From assembly GCA_001805445.1 (NCBI GenBank), contig MHGF01000003.1:248429-312428 (forward strand): a DNA stretch of 64,000 nucleotides, read 5' to 3'. This document shows positions 19,128 to 28,789 of this stretch, piece after piece. Under the pieces are notes generated by a model. It searched no databases and was not told the DNA's origin. It saw nothing but the letters and a program-made list of their open reading frames with translations. The position numbers were made by a program, and so were the translations under genes. Within the stretch, counting starts at the first letter, position 1, and each line of letters opens with the position of its first letter. This stretch comes from Omnitrophica WOR_2 bacterium GWF2_43_52 (lineage in GTDB: Bacteria; Omnitrophota; Gorgyraeia; Gygaellales; UBA12090).

Positions 19128-19292
19128 GGGATTAGGATGTAGGGAACAAAATCCCATGCTTTCCCCTAATCTCCCAGTCTCCTAATATCCCAATCCTAAT
19201 TTCCTAATACCCTACTATCCGCTTTTAACATGTTGCTGCCTCACTTTTATGCGCGATAAATCGCGCCGCTACATTCCTGTCGGCAGGCAGGC
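19128..19292. repeat. Cluster of short repeats: CCTAAT heptamer array, GTAG-type REP palindrome, CCTG..GGCAGGCAGG palindrome
   Basis: cctaat repeats 19165-19220; GCGCGAT-AA-ATCGCGC-CGCTAC 19251-19272; CCTGTCGGCAGGCAGG 19276-19291. Confidence 0.6.
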
Positions 19293-19303
19293 AAAGCCTG
19301 AGC

Positions 19304-19918
19304 CTACCGGCCATATCCATAAAATGGAATCGCAGGTTGTTCCTTCTGTTCATTATCAGTTTTTTTTCTATCCTTCTCATCATCACAAACAATCTTTGCT
19401 ACATGGATCTTAACGATAATCGGCTCATCAATTCCCCGGAGCATATCCTGGATTTTACTTTTTACCAGCTCCTGAAGCCGTTCCGTAAGGTCAACGATAT
19501 TGGTCTCACACTTTAAATCAATACGTAGATAAACCGCAATCCCGCCCCGCCTTCTCACCCGCACATCCGGGCGCAGATTTTTAACCTGAGGCACCTGGAT
19601 GGCAAGCCTTTTAATCAGGTCCTCTACGGCAACCAAGGCAATGCTTACCTGGCCGCTTGAGGTATTAAAAGCAATATACTTTTCTCTATGAATTTTACCC
19701 ATCACCGACTGGGTAAAGGTATAGTTAATCAACACAATAAGCAGGCTCACGAGCATTAAGATAGCTCCCGAGTTAGGATAGCCTTGAATCTGAGCCGCTA
19801 TATCGGAAACCATAGCGGGAGTAATCCAATGTACAGCAAAATAAAAAAGTATCCCCGCGAATAAAATATAAAACAACGTATTGAAAATAAGCCCGCATAT
19901 GGTAAAAAAACGCATCAA
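19304..19918 (-). CDS. amaP: AmaP-like alkaline shock response membrane anchor
   Basis: Two TM helices then G.V.I...A.ED domain; adjacent to Asp23. Confidence 0.7.
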   Translation of the reverse strand: MMRFFTICGLIFNTLFYILFAGILFYFAVHWITPAMVSDIAAQIQGYPNSGAILMLVSLLIVLINYTFTQSVMGKIHREKYIAFNTSSGQVSIALVAVEDLIKRLAIQVPQVKNLRPDVRVRRRGGIAVYLRIDLKCETNIVDLTERLQELVKSKIQDMLRGIDEPIIVKIHVAKIVCDDEKDRKKTDNEQKEQPAIPFYGYGR

Positions 19919-19940
19919 GAACCCTCCTTGTTTATCATTA

Positions 19941-20291
19941 TCATTTCTCTATTCCCTGGACATTGATACGAATATCGCGGGGAGATTTATCCAGCATTTT
20001 CTCGAGTGAGCGCCTGATATTATCCTGAACGCTTTCTACCACCGAAGCAATAGTGCAGCCATAGGCAACAACCAGCGGCACCTCCAAGCGTATTTCATCA
20101 TTTCTTCCAAACTCCACCTTTATCAACCGGGAAGCCTTCAAGCCAAAGAATTCCAAGAAAGCAATACAGGACGGCTTTCCAATGTGTTTTACCCCTGTTA
20201 TTTCCAAAGCGGCAAAAGCAGCGATAGAAGCAATAACATTTTTGTGAATTTTGACTGAGCCCGCCTCGATTTTATTGGCATGCATGTCCAT
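19941..20291 (-). CDS. Asp23/Gls24 family protein
   Basis: GSVKIHKNVIASIA..AALEI.GV, VQ..I, INVQG; accBC context. Confidence 0.85.
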   Translation of the reverse strand: MDMHANKIEAGSVKIHKNVIASIAAFAALEITGVKHIGKPSCIAFLEFFGLKASRLIKVEFGRNDEIRLEVPLVVAYGCTIASVVESVQDNIRRSLEKMLDKSPRDIRINVQGIEK

Positions 20292-20293
20292 GA

Positions 20294-21655
20294 TTATTCC
20301 TCTTTTTTAGGGCTGATTTTGAAATTTTCGTTGATGAAATTTGTCGAAAAATCCCCTTTTATGAAAAACGGATTCTTTAATACTTCCTTATGAAAGGGGA
20401 TGGTCGTTTTAATCGGGCCGATCACAAATTCATCAAGCGCCCTGCTCATAATCCTCAGTGCCTCTTTTCTATCCCTGCCATGAACAATAAGCTTGGCAAT
20501 TAAAGAATCATAATACTGGCTTATGCTATATCCCTGATAGACATGGCTGTCTACCCTTACCCCTGGGCCTCCGGGAATATTCAAAGATTCAATCTTCCCT
20601 GGACAAGGCATAAAATTATTCTCATAATCTTCGGCATTGATACGACATTCTATTGACGAGCCGCTGAGCTTTACATCATCCTGGCGGATTTTAAGCTTTT
20701 CACCAGCGGCAATTTTTATCTGCTCCTTAACAATGTCAATGCCTGTTACCCATTCCGTAACCGGATGCTCTACCTGGATACGGGTATTCATTTCCATAAA
20801 ATAAAAATTATTTTTTTCATCGAGCAAAAACTCTATGGTTCCCGCGCTGATATACTTAACCTCCCTGGCTGCCTTCTCCGCGGCCTCTCCCAGGCGCTTG
20901 CGCAGTTTACTATCGACCGCAGGAGATGGAGATTCTTCGATGAGTTTTTGGTGGCGCCTTTGAATAGAACAATCCCTTTCACCCAGATAAATGATGTGGC
21001 CGTATTTATCCGCGAGGAGTTGAATCTCTATATGGCGCGGCCTTTCGATATATTTTTCTATGTAAACGTTGGAATTACCGAAACTTGCCTCTGCCTCTGC
21101 CTGGGCAGTCATCAAGCCTGACACTAAACTTATATCGTTATGACAAACCCGCATCCCCTTGCCCCCTCCGCCGGCGGCAGCCTTAATAATAATAGGATAG
21201 CTAATACGCTTCGCGATTTTCAGGGCATCGTCTTTATTTTTGACCGCGGTAAGGCTGCCCGGAACGATTGGTATGTTTGCCTTACGCATAGTGTCACGCG
21301 CCTGCATCTTATCACCCATAAGGCGTATATTTTCCGGAGTCGGGCCTATAAAAGTAATACGGCAGGATTCACAAATCTCGGCAAAGTGGGGATTCTCGGC
21401 TAAGAAACCGTAACCGGGATGAATAGCGTCCACATCGGTTATCTCCGCGGCAGAAATAATAGAGGGAATATTAAGGTAACTGTTAACGCTTGCGGCCGGG
21501 CCTATACAGATAGCCTCATCTGCCAGGCGCACGTGAAGCGATTCAAGATCGGCTTGGGAATAGACAGCAACCGTGCGTATCCCGAGCTCTTTACATGCGC
21601 GTATGATACGAACGGCGATTTCACCGCGGTTGGCAATTAATACTTTGGAAAACAA
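20294..21655 (-). CDS. accC: Biotin carboxylase
   Basis: [34 protein letters not shown]. Confidence 0.96.
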   Translation of the reverse strand: MFSKVLIANRGEIAVRIIRACKELGIRTVAVYSQADLESLHVRLADEAICIGPAASVNSYLNIPSIISAAEITDVDAIHPGYGFLAENPHFAEICESCRITFIGPTPENIRLMGDKMQARDTMRKANIPIVPGSLTAVKNKDDALKIAKRISYPIIIKAAAGGGGKGMRVCHNDISLVSGLMTAQAEAEASFGNSNVYIEKYIERPRHIEIQLLADKYGHIIYLGERDCSIQRRHQKLIEESPSPAVDSKLRKRLGEAAEKAAREVKYISAGTIEFLLDEKNNFYFMEMNTRIQVEHPVTEWVTGIDIVKEQIKIAAGEKLKIRQDDVKLSGSSIECRINAEDYENNFMPCPGKIESLNIPGGPGVRVDSHVYQGYSISQYYDSLIAKLIVHGRDRKEALRIMSRALDEFVIGPIKTTIPFHKEVLKNPFFIKGDFSTNFINENFKISPKKEE

Positions 21656-21707
21656 TAGAGTGAATTAGCCTGCTCGCTGGTAAGCCTTTGCCAACGTATA
21701 AGCTTTC

Positions 21708-22166
21708 TTAGTGAGGTTCTATAAGAAATAAGGGCTGGCCGAATTCTACCGGCTCAGCATTGTCTACAAGAATTTCTAAAATCTTTCCCTTCACTTCTGA
21801 CTTTATCTCATTCATCAGCTTCATTGCCTCAATAATACAAATAACCTGTCCAGGCGTAATTTCCTGATTTACCTCAACAAACGCGGGCGCCTCGGGGCTA
21901 GGGGCACGATAAAACGTTCCAACCATAAGAGACTTGATTTCTAACTTATTTGAAGCAGGTAGTTCTTTGCGTGCCGATTCCTGAGACTGCAACTGATGTT
22001 CAGCTATAGGCTGGCGTTCAATATACACTGGAGCAGGAACGACGTCCTGGCCATGCGAAGAGGCTTTCTTGAGTTTAATGCGCATATCATCTTTTTCAAT
22101 CTCTAATTCCAAGAGATTATTCTCATTCATCAGACTGATCATTTCCTTAATCTCTTTTACATTCAC
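21708..22166 (-). CDS. accB: Biotin carboxyl carrier protein
   Basis: MVGTFY, EAMKLMNEI. Confidence 0.95.
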   Translation of the reverse strand: MNVKEIKEMISLMNENNLLELEIEKDDMRIKLKKASSHGQDVVPAPVYIERQPIAEHQLQSQESARKELPASNKLEIKSLMVGTFYRAPSPEAPAFVEVNQEITPGQVICIIEAMKLMNEIKSEVKGKILEILVDNAEPVEFGQPLFLIEPH

Positions 22167-22326
22167 AAAGGTTCCCTCCTCACTACAATACCGCCGCCTT
22201 ACTGCCGTAGCATCCTTATAATTTCACACATGTCTAAAACTTCAGAACCTCTGTCTTTATTCAAAATTAACGCTGACCACACATACGCTATAAAAGATAA
22301 AAACAGAAAAGAAAACAAAAGAAAGG

Positions 22327-22890
22327 TTAATACGCCCTTTCCACATAAGTTCCGGTACGGGTATCTACTTTAAGTTTATCACCGATATTAATAAATAAAG
22401 GAACGAGTATCGTTGCTCCGGTTTCTACTTTTGCCGGCTTATTTCCGCCTTTTGCGGTATCCCCTTTTATTCCCGGCTCAGTTTCCGTAACTACCAGTTC
22501 AATAAAATTGGGAATTACCACATTAAGGATTTTATCTTTATAAAAATAACCTAACACCTCAAGGTTATCCTTCAAAAACTTAGTCCCATCACCTAAGATA
22601 TCAGCGGAAATGACTAGTTGGTCATAATTTTCTTGGTCCATAAAATGATACATATCCGTCTGTGAATAAAGGTATTGCAATTTTCTCTGCTCCACAAAGG
22701 CCTCTTCCGCGGTATCCTGGCCACGGAAGGTCCTATCCAAGAGATTTCCTGTCCTTAGGTTTTTTAGTTTGGCACGCACAAAAGCAGAACCTTTTGCCGG
22801 CTTGACATGTTCTGTTTCAACAATCTGATAGACTTCTCCATCCAAGAGGATGGTTACCCCTACTTTAAATTGATTTATTGATAGCGCCAC
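22327..22890 (-). CDS. efp: Elongation factor P
   Basis: HVKPAKGSAF, GDTA, KVDTRTG.Y. Confidence 0.95.
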   Translation of the reverse strand: MALSINQFKVGVTILLDGEVYQIVETEHVKPAKGSAFVRAKLKNLRTGNLLDRTFRGQDTAEEAFVEQRKLQYLYSQTDMYHFMDQENYDQLVISADILGDGTKFLKDNLEVLGYFYKDKILNVVIPNFIELVVTETEPGIKGDTAKGGNKPAKVETGATILVPLFINIGDKLKVDTRTGTYVERAY

Positions 22891-23926
22891 TTAATACCTC
22901 AACCCCTTTCTTGGTTACTACTACCATATCCTCTATCCTAATACCAAATTTTCCCGGAAGATATATCCCCGGCTCAATGGTAAATACCATTCCTTCCTGC
23001 GCGAGGGATTTGTTTTTAGAGGATATGCTTGGTTCTTCATGAACTTCAAGGCCAACGCCATGGCCTAAACTATGGCCGAAACATTTTCCATAGCCATGCT
23101 TCGCGATAAAGCTGCGCGAGGCAAAGTCTATTTTACAAAGCTCCGCGCCGGGGCTAACTGCCTCAATCGCCTTATCTTGAGCCTCTCGTATAATCGCGTA
23201 AATCTTACGTTGGACATGTGTTATTTTATCTAAAAAGAATACCCTTGTCAAGTCAGATTTATAGCCGTTTACCTCAACCCCGATGTCGATAAGCACCGAA
23301 TCACAGGAGCGGAATTTCCTTGTGGTAACCCCGGCATGAGGAAAACTGGAATTCGGCCCGCTGGCAGCAATAATGTTAAACGCGCTCATAGAGGCTCCCT
23401 GATAGCGGATAAAACGCTCAAACTCTCCCGCGACCCTTAATTCGCTCTCACCGGGTTTAATATGCCTTTTTAAGAAGGTAAAGGCCAGGCCGGTAATTCG
23501 TATAGCCTCTCTTATAGAGGAAAGTTCCTCAGGGCTTTTAATTTGCCTGAGTGTTTCAATGAGATTAAAGGTATCGAAAAGTTTAATCTTGGGGGGTAAA
23601 TACTCTTTAATTTTTGTATATTCCGCGAAATTCAAATCCTTGGCCTCAAACCCTACACGCTTAACCGCAAGCCTGCGCGCTAAGGAAACTATGTCCTTAA
23701 AAAGGTTTTTGTATTGCACGACCTTCACTGCCTTGATATTCCCGCGTGCTTCCTCAGTATAGCGAAAATCTGTAATCAGGTATGCCCTATGATGGGTAAC
23801 GAAAAGGTAGGAATCCCGAATAGGATAGTTACATAAATAAGCGACATTAGCTTCTTTTGTAACCAAAAAGCCGTCCAGGGAATTCAAGGCTAATTTTGCT
23901 CTGAAACCAGGGATACGGGAAAGCAT
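22865..23926 (-). CDS. Xaa-Pro aminopeptidase (M24)
   Basis: TDFRY, SDLTR, HSLGHGVGLEVHE, EPGIY, GIRIED. Confidence 0.92.
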   Translation of the reverse strand: MLSRIPGFRAKLALNSLDGFLVTKEANVAYLCNYPIRDSYLFVTHHRAYLITDFRYTEEARGNIKAVKVVQYKNLFKDIVSLARRLAVKRVGFEAKDLNFAEYTKIKEYLPPKIKLFDTFNLIETLRQIKSPEELSSIREAIRITGLAFTFLKRHIKPGESELRVAGEFERFIRYQGASMSAFNIIAASGPNSSFPHAGVTTRKFRSCDSVLIDIGVEVNGYKSDLTRVFFLDKITHVQRKIYAIIREAQDKAIEAVSPGAELCKIDFASRSFIAKHGYGKCFGHSLGHGVGLEVHEEPSISSKNKSLAQEGMVFTIEPGIYLPGKFGIRIEDMVVVTKKGVEVLSGAINKSI

Positions 23927-24388
23927 TTACTTCCGCGCGGAATCTAAAAGATTGATAATGGCTAAGAGGCCAAGGGCATAACTCTGTTTACCGAATCCTG
24001 AGATTTGCCCTTTGGCAACAGGCGCGATTAAAGAATTATGGCGGAATTGCTCACGCGCGTAGATATTAGACAAGTGCACTTCAACACACGGCAGGCCGCA
24101 GGCCAGAAGGGCATCGCGGATAGCGACACTAGTATGGGTATAGGCCGCGGGATTGATGAGAATAGCATCAAAGGTATCCTTGCTCTTTCCAATGGTATCA
24201 ACAATTTCTCCTTCATGATTAGACTGAACTATCTCTACCTTCACCTTATGCTCTTTGGCGAGGCTACGTAATTCGTCATTAATCTCAGGCAAAGTAACCC
24301 GTCCATACACCTCGGGCTCACGCTGGCCCAAAAGCCCAAGGTTTGGGCCGTGAATTACGAGAATAGCGTGCTTTTTAGGACGCGCCAT
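23927..24388 (-). CDS. aroQ: Type II 3-dehydroquinate dehydratase
   Basis: [33 protein letters not shown]. Confidence 0.95.
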   Translation of the reverse strand: MARPKKHAILVIHGPNLGLLGQREPEVYGRVTLPEINDELRSLAKEHKVKVEIVQSNHEGEIVDTIGKSKDTFDAILINPAAYTHTSVAIRDALLACGLPCVEVHLSNIYAREQFRHNSLIAPVAKGQISGFGKQSYALGLLAIINLLDSARK

Positions 24389-24390
24389 CG

Positions 24391-24561
24391 CTAAGCCTGT
24401 TCCGCCTCATCTATAAGCATTATCGGAATACCGTCACGTACAGGGTATTTGCGTTTACATTTTGTACAGGCAATCTTTTCCTGCCCGGAAACCGTTTCTA
24501 AGACCACATCGGCCTTACACGCGGGACAAGCCAAAATATCTAAAAGTTCCTTGTCAATCAT
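24391..24561 (-). CDS. Trm112/YcaR family protein, 56 aa (below ORF cutoff)
   Basis: Hand translation [16 protein letters not shown]...[22 protein letters not shown]; ATGA overlap with upstream gene. Confidence 0.9.
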   Translation of the reverse strand: MIDKELLDILACPACKADVVLETVSGQEKIACTKCKRKYPVRDGIPIMLIDEAEQA

Positions 24562-24932
24562 TTCTTGCCTCCCGTTTTCTGCACATAGCTCATTCTCAAT
24601 TCGTACAAAACCCCCTCTATCAGTGCAGCCTCTTCCTGGGTAAGATTACCTTTTGTTTTTTCCTGTAACATCCCCAAGGTATCAACGATAAATTTTGCCT
24701 GCGGCAGGTTTTCCTGGCTCTTGTTGGTTTGCGGCTCAGGAACATCTCCTAAGGCAATCGTTGCCTGCATAGCTAAGGTAGTAACAAAAAACGAGAAGCT
24801 TGCCTCTGGCATGGTAAAATTTTCCTTAGCCTGCGGTTCCTGAGGTTTCGAAGAAGCGCCCTCGTCCTTGCCTTTTTCTTTGACTACCTTATCCTTATAG
24901 CTTTCATCAACCTTTTTCTTCTGCTCTTCCAT
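24558..24932 (-). CDS. DUF1844 family protein
   Basis: A.IALG..P.P, AK..VD.L.ML.EKTKGNL..EE, L.ELR..YV. Confidence 0.85.
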   Translation of the reverse strand: MEEQKKKVDESYKDKVVKEKGKDEGASSKPQEPQAKENFTMPEASFSFFVTTLAMQATIALGDVPEPQTNKSQENLPQAKFIVDTLGMLQEKTKGNLTQEEAALIEGVLYELRMSYVQKTGGKK

Positions 24933-24946
24933 ATCGATTATCTCAC

Positions 24947-25139
24947 TAGTGCTCCGTTAACTTAATTCTTATGGGTATAGCGAAAGTTAACTCCGCACTT
25001 CCGCTATGGGGGCAGGCCCCCCTTCGGCGCTCTCCGCCTACGGCGGATCGCTGAGCACCCCCCAAGCGTGGGTGACGGTCTCCCCCACACCCCCTTTAGT
25101 GCACCGCCTACATATAAAAATTAATTTAACGGTGCACTA
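24947..25139. mobile_element. MITE with ~27-bp imperfect terminal inverted repeats, flanked by TA
   Basis: Left TAGTGCTCCGTTAACTTAATTCTTAT vs right end reverse-complement TAGTGCACCGTTAAATTAATTTTTAT; no transposase. Confidence 0.75.
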
Positions 25140-25953
25140 TTATCCCCGCGTACCCTACCACACTGGAATTATCCCCGGTAACGTCACCACTGGTTTGGTA
25201 CTTCACCAATTCAGCCTTGGTAGCCCCAAGGGCTTTTGCCGCTACAATCATGACAATCGCGGGCGCATACCCGCACATCGTAATATCTAATTCCCGCACC
25301 TTTTCCCACAATTTGACTTCATCTAATTCTACAATCGCCTGTATGGCCTTCGTATCTTTAACCTTGGCTGTTGCTGCATCCTCATAATGCGTCATATCGG
25401 AACTGGCAATAAGTAAGGTATCTTTTTCCGCACGAAGTTCCTTCAGGGCGGCGGCAATAGAAAGCCCCAGGCGTTGATAATTCTTAAAGTCACTTGAAGC
25501 AATAACTATAGGCACAAAACTAAAATCTTTTTTATAATATTGCAGTAACGGCAGCTCTACTTCAATAGAATGCTCCGACTCATGCGCCGCGAAATCGGTT
25601 TTTAAGAGCGGCGACTTTTCTTTAAGCTTCTTGGCGAGCTTGCTATCTATGGAAACACTCCCCAGAGGCGTCATCCAGGAGCCTTCATTCATAATGCTAA
25701 AAAGGCCGCCCCTGCCGGTATGATTGGGCCCTAGGATAATAAGCGTACCTGGTATCTCAATCTGAGATACCACGCTTTTGGCAACAGCCCCTGAATACAT
25801 ATAGCCTGCGTGAGGAAGCATGCAACCGAAGGCAGTTTTCTTTACCAGGCTCTCTTCCCTTTTGTCAGGAAACGACTCTAACTGCTGACGCAATTCTTCT
25901 TCAGTCGCAGGATAAAACTGCCCCGCTACCGCAGGCTGTCTAATGTTCGCCAT
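25126..25953 (-). CDS. amrB: AmmeMemoRadiSam system protein B (MEMO1 family)
   Basis: R.PAVAGQFYP, PHAGY.YSG, GPNH, EHSIEV.LP, SSDMTHY, TMCG, VVGYA. Confidence 0.92.
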   Translation of the reverse strand: MANIRQPAVAGQFYPATEEELRQQLESFPDKREESLVKKTAFGCMLPHAGYMYSGAVAKSVVSQIEIPGTLIILGPNHTGRGGLFSIMNEGSWMTPLGSVSIDSKLAKKLKEKSPLLKTDFAAHESEHSIEVELPLLQYYKKDFSFVPIVIASSDFKNYQRLGLSIAAALKELRAEKDTLLIASSDMTHYEDAATAKVKDTKAIQAIVELDEVKLWEKVRELDITMCGYAPAIVMIVAAKALGATKAELVKYQTSGDVTGDNSSVVGYAGIIVHR

Positions 25954-26863
25954 ACAAAGTTTCCAGGAAATCTTTTGCCTTTATGATATCTTGGGAAGAG
26001 GCAGGATAATGCGCCTCTAAGGTTTTAATCGTATCTTTTGTAAGGTACGGTGCTAACAGCTTAAAATCAAAATCACCCCGCAAAGGAGCTAAATGATCGT
26101 CGTCTTTTATAATATCATGCAGGTGAACACCAATCAGGGACGCTCCATACTGATCTAAATATTCCTGATGCTTCCTGAATCCTAAATTCTCCCAAAGCTG
26201 GGCATGGCCTGTATCATGCCAGTAAAAAACGGGAGCGCCCTTACAATGTTCCAGTAAGCGCGCGGTTTCTTCGAAAGAAGGAATTTCCCGAAAGTAATAC
26301 CTGTTTTCTATGCCCAGAGCTACTTGTTGCTTTTGGGCGTAGGGCGAGAGTTCATCCAGGCTTTTAAAGACTGCCTCAAGATGGGCGCGCGCCTGTTCTT
26401 CTCTTTCCCGGCGCATGAGCTCTGTGATACTTTTGAGCCGAGGGTCAAAGGCTCCCTCGCTACTGTAAAAAATCGAGATCAATTCCCTGGTGCGGTCGGC
26501 TATTTCCACTCTGCCGCAATGCATTACCACGGCCTTGGCATTGACCTGGCGCGCGGAATCAATACTTGCTTTCGTATACTTGACCGCTAATTCCCGCTCG
26601 CGCTCATCAAGCGATGCTACCGAGTAGCAATCCGGCAAAGCAACTTCTCTTGCCAGGTTCTCAGGGATAGGACAAAAATTATGCAGGGCATTGACTTTAA
26701 TCTTATTTTTCTTAACTAAAGAGGCTATGTCCTCTACCATATCTTTAGTCAAATTAAAGCTTAACTCTACGGCATTAAAGCCTAACCGCTGAACCTCCGC
26801 GATAACCTTTTTACCGTCTGTATAGCGAAAGGCGTTCCATGAAGTCGATAGGCACAACTCCAT
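25940..26863 (-). CDS. Xylose-isomerase-like TIM barrel protein (AP endonuclease 2 family)
   Basis: VEL, ALHN, VMHCG, GIENR, HDTGHA, HLHD, DHL. Confidence 0.75.
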   Translation of the reverse strand: MELCLSTSWNAFRYTDGKKVIAEVQRLGFNAVELSFNLTKDMVEDIASLVKKNKIKVNALHNFCPIPENLAREVALPDCYSVASLDERERELAVKYTKASIDSARQVNAKAVVMHCGRVEIADRTRELISIFYSSEGAFDPRLKSITELMRREREEQARAHLEAVFKSLDELSPYAQKQQVALGIENRYYFREIPSFEETARLLEHCKGAPVFYWHDTGHAQLWENLGFRKHQEYLDQYGASLIGVHLHDIIKDDDHLAPLRGDFDFKLLAPYLTKDTIKTLEAHYPASSQDIIKAKDFLETLYGEH

Positions 26864-26866
26864 GGC

Positions 26867-27025
26867 TTATAACTTCTTCGATTTTTTCCGCTTTCGTTCA
26901 CTCGGTTTTTCATAGTGCTTACGATCGCGTATTTCTCTTAAAATGCCTTCTTTGTCAATCTTTTTCTTAAATCTCCGTAAAGCAGATTCAAACGACTCAT
27001 CTTTTCTTATTACGACCTCAGACAT
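26867..27025 (-). CDS. rpsU: 30S ribosomal protein S21 (below ORF cutoff)
   Basis: MSEVVIRKDESFESALRRFKKK...HYEKPSERKRKK; AGGAG RBS; TTGACA-17-TAGTAT promoter at 27078-27050. Confidence 0.95.
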   Translation of the reverse strand: MSEVVIRKDESFESALRRFKKKIDKEGILREIRDRKHYEKPSERKRKKSKKL

Positions 27026-27096
27026 AGATTATCATCTCCTTTTTTTATAATACTATCATTCCCTGAACATTATGTCAATCACCTTTTCCAAAACGC

Positions 27097-27816
27097 CTAT
27101 TTTTCTTTGAGCTGCGAAAAATGGATACTCACTCTAAAGGTAAGCACCGGAGCCCCCAACTCTTTAGGAAGCCTCGGGAAAGGGGCGGCATCGCGTAAAG
27201 CCTCAAGAGCGATACGCTGCAGCTGCCGGCTGGCAGTGCTTTTGTCATCAATAATGTGGTATTCTGCTAACGAACCATCCGCATTGAGCGCGAATTTGAG
27301 GCTCACCTGCCCGTCTTCGCTAGAATCCGAATACCGCGCGTACAGACAATGCCGATACCGTTCGTGCAAAAAATTACTGTAGGTAAGGTACGCGGGGCTT
27401 TCCGATTCCTTCTCAAACGAGTCCATCTGTATCGGAGAAAGCTTAAGCGTGCCGGTATCACGGAATTCCGAGCTCTGGATACGCGGCTTCTGCGCGTAGT
27501 GCTCGGGGCGAAGCCACGGCTCATCCTGAGCCCTGCTTTCTGAAGCGGACATTTTCCTCTTAGGAAGTTCATTTCTGTCCGATAAAACCAACCGCTGTCC
27601 CGGAGAGGTTAAGTCAGTGCCTTTTAATGAAGCATCAAGAGGTATTCGTGTCTTCTGGCCAAGGCTTACCGCTGGGGGCTTGATATAGGTAACTTTGAGC
27701 TCACGAAAAGCCTTGCGATAAGGCTTCATCGCAGACAGCGATACAAGAAAAAAGAAAACGATATGCAGCCCTACCGACACTCCCCAGGCAAGAGGATACT
27801 GTTTTATATGACTCAT
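27097..27816 (-). CDS. TonB/TolA C-terminal domain protein
   Basis: TM with SxxLH; C-terminal G.V...F.L..DG.L...A..A...AAPFP.LP. Confidence 0.75.
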   Translation of the reverse strand: MSHIKQYPLAWGVSVGLHIVFFFLVSLSAMKPYRKAFRELKVTYIKPPAVSLGQKTRIPLDASLKGTDLTSPGQRLVLSDRNELPKRKMSASESRAQDEPWLRPEHYAQKPRIQSSEFRDTGTLKLSPIQMDSFEKESESPAYLTYSNFLHERYRHCLYARYSDSSEDGQVSLKFALNADGSLAEYHIIDDKSTASRQLQRIALEALRDAAPFPRLPKELGAPVLTFRVSIHFSQLKEK

Positions 27817-27859
27817 TTTGTAATTATAACATCTTTTGGCTAACCTTCAAGAAGATTAA

Positions 27860-27968
27860 GCCCGAGGTAGTAACGCGTCAGTGAATGGGGAAAATGGGTG
27901 GCCCCGCCGCAGGCGGGGACAGTACCAATTTTCTTTGACCCCTGATAATTGACCGGTTGCCCGAGGTA
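27860..27968. repeat. REP-like nested palindrome between 10-bp direct repeats
   Basis: GCCCGAGGTA at 27860 and 27959; GAAAATGGGT...ACCAATTTTC enclosing CCCCGCC-GCA-GGCGGGG (27902-27918). Confidence 0.5.
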
Positions 27969-28000
27969 TGGCTGAAAAATGGCCTTAGTGAAATCTCGGA

Positions 28001-28789
28001 TTACCTTGCCGCGATAAAAGCAAGCCCTTCCTTATTCACCCAACCTATTTTTGCGTCTACACGCCTGATTTTATGCCATGCGCCGCTTGATTCTAAAACC
28101 TCAACAGTAACACCCTCAGGTAAAATAAAATGGGTGGTCGCGCTTTCAAGAGGCTCAAACTTCGATTCCAATTCCTTCACCATGACAACCGCGGCGCGTT
28201 TTTGATACTCGATTTTCCTTTTAAAAGCAATAGCCCCTAAGAGAAATATCACCACGCAGATAACACTGCCCGCCTTACACAAACGCTTCCTGCCATGGGC
28301 AAATTGATAGAGCATAGCTAAAAGAAAAAACATGGCCTGCATCAGGCTTAAAACTATCACTAAACAATCAAGGTTAAAAGCAGCGAAGGCAGCATCAATG
28401 AGCCGCAGAAACCAATTTTCTTCCGGTTCATCCTGGCCTAACTGCAGTAATGACCGACAATAGCTATAATTTGCCTTCAGGTCGCTATCTCCAGGAATGA
28501 ACAACTCTGCCCTTTTATAATGCAACAGCGCCTTCGCTAATTCTCCTTTTTTAAAATAGTTATTAGCAAGATTATAATAAAGATTCCCGCTTTCATAGCC
28601 TTTCATGAGCATTGCTTCATATAAGGCAATTGCCTGATCATAGTTGTTCTCTTTGTAAGCATGGGAAGCCTCAAGAAAGTCATGTTCAAGAGCTTGCCCC
28701 ATGACAGCACCACAAACGCACAAAACAAAAATTCCTGCCATGCACATAACTCTCCACCAGGCTTCCACACTACAGTTTTTTTTCATCAT
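28001..28789 (-). CDS. batE: BatE-like TPR + SH3 membrane protein
   Basis: YYNLAN TPR, two TMs, EG..V.V...W.KI....GWV SH3; bat context. Confidence 0.8.
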   Translation of the reverse strand: MMKKNCSVEAWWRVMCMAGIFVLCVCGAVMGQALEHDFLEASHAYKENNYDQAIALYEAMLMKGYESGNLYYNLANNYFKKGELAKALLHYKRAELFIPGDSDLKANYSYCRSLLQLGQDEPEENWFLRLIDAAFAAFNLDCLVIVLSLMQAMFFLLAMLYQFAHGRKRLCKAGSVICVVIFLLGAIAFKRKIEYQKRAAVVMVKELESKFEPLESATTHFILPEGVTVEVLESSGAWHKIRRVDAKIGWVNKEGLAFIAAR

